64,000 nucleotides of DNA from NCBI RefSeq assembly GCF_009914755.1, contig NC_060932.1. The stretch is one strand, 5' to 3'. The number at the start of each line of letters is the position of its first letter. Position 1 is the first letter of the stretch. This DNA comes from the human T2T-CHM13v2.0 reference genome, Homo sapiens. The notes under the pieces were generated by a model, which ran no database searches, was not told where the DNA came from, and saw nothing but the letters and a program-made list of their open reading frames with translations. The position numbers and the translations under genes were made by a program. This document shows, piece after piece, positions 60,075 to 64,000 of the stretch.

Positions 60075-60260
60075 CCCTCTTGCCACTTACAAGCTCTATG
60101 ATTTTACCTAATCTTTTGGATTCTCAGTTTTTTAAATCTTTAAAATGAGAATAATAGTACTGTTTGTTAAGGGTCATTAGGTGATCAAAGGAAATAATTC
60201 ATATAAAGTGCTTGCCATGGTGAATCACACATTTCTATATGCTTAATATGTATGAACTAT
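60075..60260 (+). mobile_element. MIR
   Basis: ttctcagttttttaaatctttaaaatgagaataatagta MIR core. Confidence 0.7.
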
Positions 60261-60303
60261 GTTTAAGTTACTGAGATGTGGTCAGAAAGAAAAGCAAGCA
60301 CCT

Positions 60304-60435
60304 GGCTGGGCATGGTGGCTCACGCCTGTAATCTCAGCACTTTGGGAGGCTGAGGAGGGAGGATCACTTGAGGCCGGGAAATTGAGACCAGCCTGGGCAA
60401 CATAGCAAGACCCCATTTAAATAATATATAAAAAG
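60304..60435 (+). mobile_element. FLAM/Alu monomer
   Basis: Left monomer with short tail. Confidence 0.85.
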
Positions 60436-60762
60436 AAAAGCACTTGCCCCTTACATTGGCAATAGTTTTATTGCAGGAAGTAGGAAACTAAACCCCAACT
60501 CAGAATTTAGACTTGCTGCCAGAAAGGTAGGTGCCAGGGGAGCTGATGTAATCAAGTGTCACCAATTAGAGTCTACAGATCATGAAAAGTAATTCTAGGA
60601 GATTTTCAAATGCCTTTTTTAACCTAGATCTTCTGCTTGGATGAATTCATACTATGAATTTAGGAAACATCAATTCATTTATTCCTTCTAGGTGGCCAGC
60701 ATTTTAACAAAATTACACATGTGTATACAAGCATGCATCCTGGATTTGGTGAGCACACATAA

Positions 60763-61160
<398 letters not shown>

Positions 61161-61629
61161 TATGTCACATTCTTGTGGTACTGAGATTGTCAAAATTCTT
61201 TTCTGTTAAGAAGCATGGTTCAAACCTACTGTGAGGTACTATTTTGCACTCACAAGTTCTGCAAAGATTGATGTAATAAATGGAAAGGATATAGGGCAAT
61301 GGTAACTTGAAACTGCTGTTGGGAGAGTAAATTGGAATATTCATTGTTTTACTGCTCTAAATGTTCTCATCACACACAAAAAATAAGTATGTAAGGTGAT
61401 AGATATGGTAATTATTGTGATTTAATTGTTCTACAATGTATACTATATCAACACATTGCACACCATAAATATATACAACATACATTTGTCAATTATAAAA
61501 GAAAAATATTGGCAGGAAATATTGTGTATAGAATGATATATACAATATGATTCTACTTATATAATAAGTTAGTTATAAATCAATAGTTATGCCTATGGGT
61601 TTTAAAATATGGAGCCAAGACTTATGTCT

Positions 61630-62300
61630 TGTCTTTTTTATAATAGCCATCCTAATAGATGGAAGGTGATATCTCATTATGATTTTGATTTAAGTTTTCC
61701 TGATGAATTGTGATGTTGAGCATTTTTTCATATACCTGTGGGCCATTGGTATGTCTTCTTTTTGAGAAAGGGCTCAGATCCTCTGCCCATTTTTTAATCA
61801 GGTTATTTAATTTTTGCTATTAATTCTATACATTCTATTAGTTTCTTTTATATTTTGGATATTAACTCCTTATCAGACATACGGTTTAGAAATATTTTCT
61901 TCCATTAGTAAGTTGATTCTTCACTCTGTTGATTGCTTCCTTTGATGTTCAGAAGCCTTTTAGTTTGATGTAGTCCACTTTATTTTTGTTTTTGTTGCCT
62001 GTGCTTTTGGGGTTATATCCAAAGAAAACATAACCCAGTCCAACATCAGGAAGATTTTTCCCTGTGTTTTCTTCTGGGAGTTTTATGGTTTCAGGTCTTA
62101 TGTTTATATCTTTAATTTATTTTGTGCTAATTTTTGAATATGATTTAACATAAGGATTCAATTTTGTTTTTTTGCATGTGGATATCCAGTTTTCCCAATG
62201 CCATTTATTGGAGCAATTATACTTGTTCCATTGTATATTCTTGCTACTATTGTCAAAGATTGGTTGACTGTATATATGTGGGTTTATTTCTGGGCTCTCA
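61630..62300 (-). mobile_element. L1M ORF2 3' fragment, antisense
   Basis: atagccatcctaat...gatgttgagcattttttcatatacctg...gcatgtggatatccagttttccca. Confidence 0.85.
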
Positions 62301-63511
62301 CTTTTCTAAAACTGGGTATGATAAGACCTAGGTAACTAAGACGGTTGGGTGAGCCTGAAAGAAGGGAAAGATTGCCTTAGGTTAGGCCTTATAGCTTAAG
62401 AGGCAAAAGGAAGTCTCAAGTCTCCTGTTTGCTTCAGCCCATTAACCAGGTTTGGAGATCATACAGAAAATTAAGGTTTAAGTGCTAACTAGCAGTGAAA
62501 TGTAATAAAAAACTAGTTATGACTCTACTGTGGTTTTAAATGGATAAATGAGATCGTGAGTCCAAACATTCAGAAACTCTGATACTGTTCATATTGAGAG
62601 ATTTAACTAAAAATAAGTTTCTGCTGGAGAGAAGAATGAAAGGTAAGTACAGAGGAAGGCAAGGTACAAAGGAGATTTTCTGAGTCCAGTCAGGGTTAGC
62701 GTGGAGACCCTGTGCACTTGGGGAAATGGAAAAAGTGGCAATAAAGAGCAAATTGTAGATAGAAGCAATGAAGGCCCAAACTGGTAATGTCACACTTTTG
62801 CTTTGAGCAGGCTGGTAATGATTTCCCCAGGAAACTCAACTATGCAAATAAGAAAGCTTGGAAGTATGACTTAACGATTAATGAAGCTCACACTACTTTG
62901 TTCAATGGAAAATTTGTTCTTGTCTAAATGTCCAGATAGTAACTTGGTTCTTTTTCTCCAGGGTTATGCAGAACAGAGGAGACGCTTTTCTGCCAGCTGG
63001 AAGGGGTAGCAGGTGGGGTAATGGATTCCCAGCTTGCCAGCGGCTGAGATTCTAATTAGAATCTTCCTTCTGGCTTTTAGCAAGCAGCTTTCACTTCATA
63101 GTGTCCTTAGAGAAGAAAGTTCCATATTCAGCAAGAAACTGCCCTATTTAAATGTATAAAATCTTTTTGTGTTTGGGCTATAAAGCAAGTGGTCTTCAAG
63201 GTTCATGGCAAGTATATCGTGTAATATAAAAAGCATCATTAGCTCATGAAAATGCTATTTAAAAATGCAAGTTTGCCTTAGGTAATAAAGTTGAAGAAAG
63301 TAGTCTGGAAATTTAAGACAGAATTGGGAAACTTAAAAATTTAGATTTTTTAGTTTATATATTGTATGGATTTTAATATACACAGATGAATGGTGAAGCT
63401 GGTAGAAGGAGAAAGAAAAGAGAGATATGGAGGTGAGGGAGGGTGAAAATGTGCAATAGATGATGACAGTGTTGGAGAAGGCAGAGGTTTTTGCCATAAA
63501 GAATCTCTAGC

Positions 63512-63800
63512 TGGGATCACTTGAGGCCAGGAGTTTGAGACCAGCTTGGGCAACAAAGTAAGACCCCAGCTCTATAAATAAATAAATAAGTAAATAAATA
63601 AGTAAATAAATAAATAAATAAATAAATAAATCAGCTGGGCATGGTGGTGTGCATCTGTAGTCCCAACTACTCAGGAGGCTGAGGCAGAAGGATCCCTTGA
63701 GCCTAGGAGTTCAAGGCTGCAGTGAGCTATGATGTGCCACTGCACTCCAGCCTGGGGAACAGAGCAAGATCCTGTCTTTTAAAGAGGAAGAGAGAGAGAC
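63512..63800 (+). mobile_element. 5'-truncated AluJ with expanded (TAAA)n linker
   Basis: Begins mid left arm; (TAAA)n at ~63575-63631 in the middle A-rich linker. Confidence 0.88.
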
Positions 63801-64000
63801 TGACTCCATTGGGCTTTTTCTTTTTCACGTTAAATAAAATTTAAGGGTTTAGTTGTTTAGCCTGTACTGCCTTCTCCTGGTTGGTCTTGGATTAGCAGCT
63901 CAGATGTAACAAAAGTGAACTGTGTGAATGGACCCAACTGTAACACAGACGTTATGTGCCAGATTATGCTGCCTGCCTGTTGCAGTTTACCACGGTGCTG

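Overview
Repeat-dense human genomic DNA (an AluYa5 at ~59.7 kb carries all five subfamily-diagnostic bases). I recognise no host protein-coding gene, RNA gene or prokaryotic system; the window looks intronic or intergenic. Most of it is Alu, L1, L2, L3/CR1, MIR, hAT/Tigger DNA transposons and ERV1/ERVL/MaLR LTRs. The main structure is a ~12 kb decayed class III (ERVL-like, MER21-LTR) provirus at 33221-45210, inserted in an MLT1 LTR and itself carrying two Alus, an ERV1 solo LTR and a 3.3 kb L1PA. Besides gag/pro/RT/RNaseH/IN relics, it has a post-pol region that reads like a fusion-glycoprotein (env) fossil of the foamy-virus/F-protein type (furin site RQKR plus Gly-rich fusion peptide, Cys-rich region, heptad), which is unusual because canonical ERV-L lacks env. 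Other observations: a TSD-flanked L1 3' transduction, templated local duplications around an old L1, fold-back hairpins, closely spaced inverted Alus, an RBFOX-motif cluster and a few candidate exons. Family names come from recalled consensus sequences, not a database search; boundaries without TSDs are approximate.
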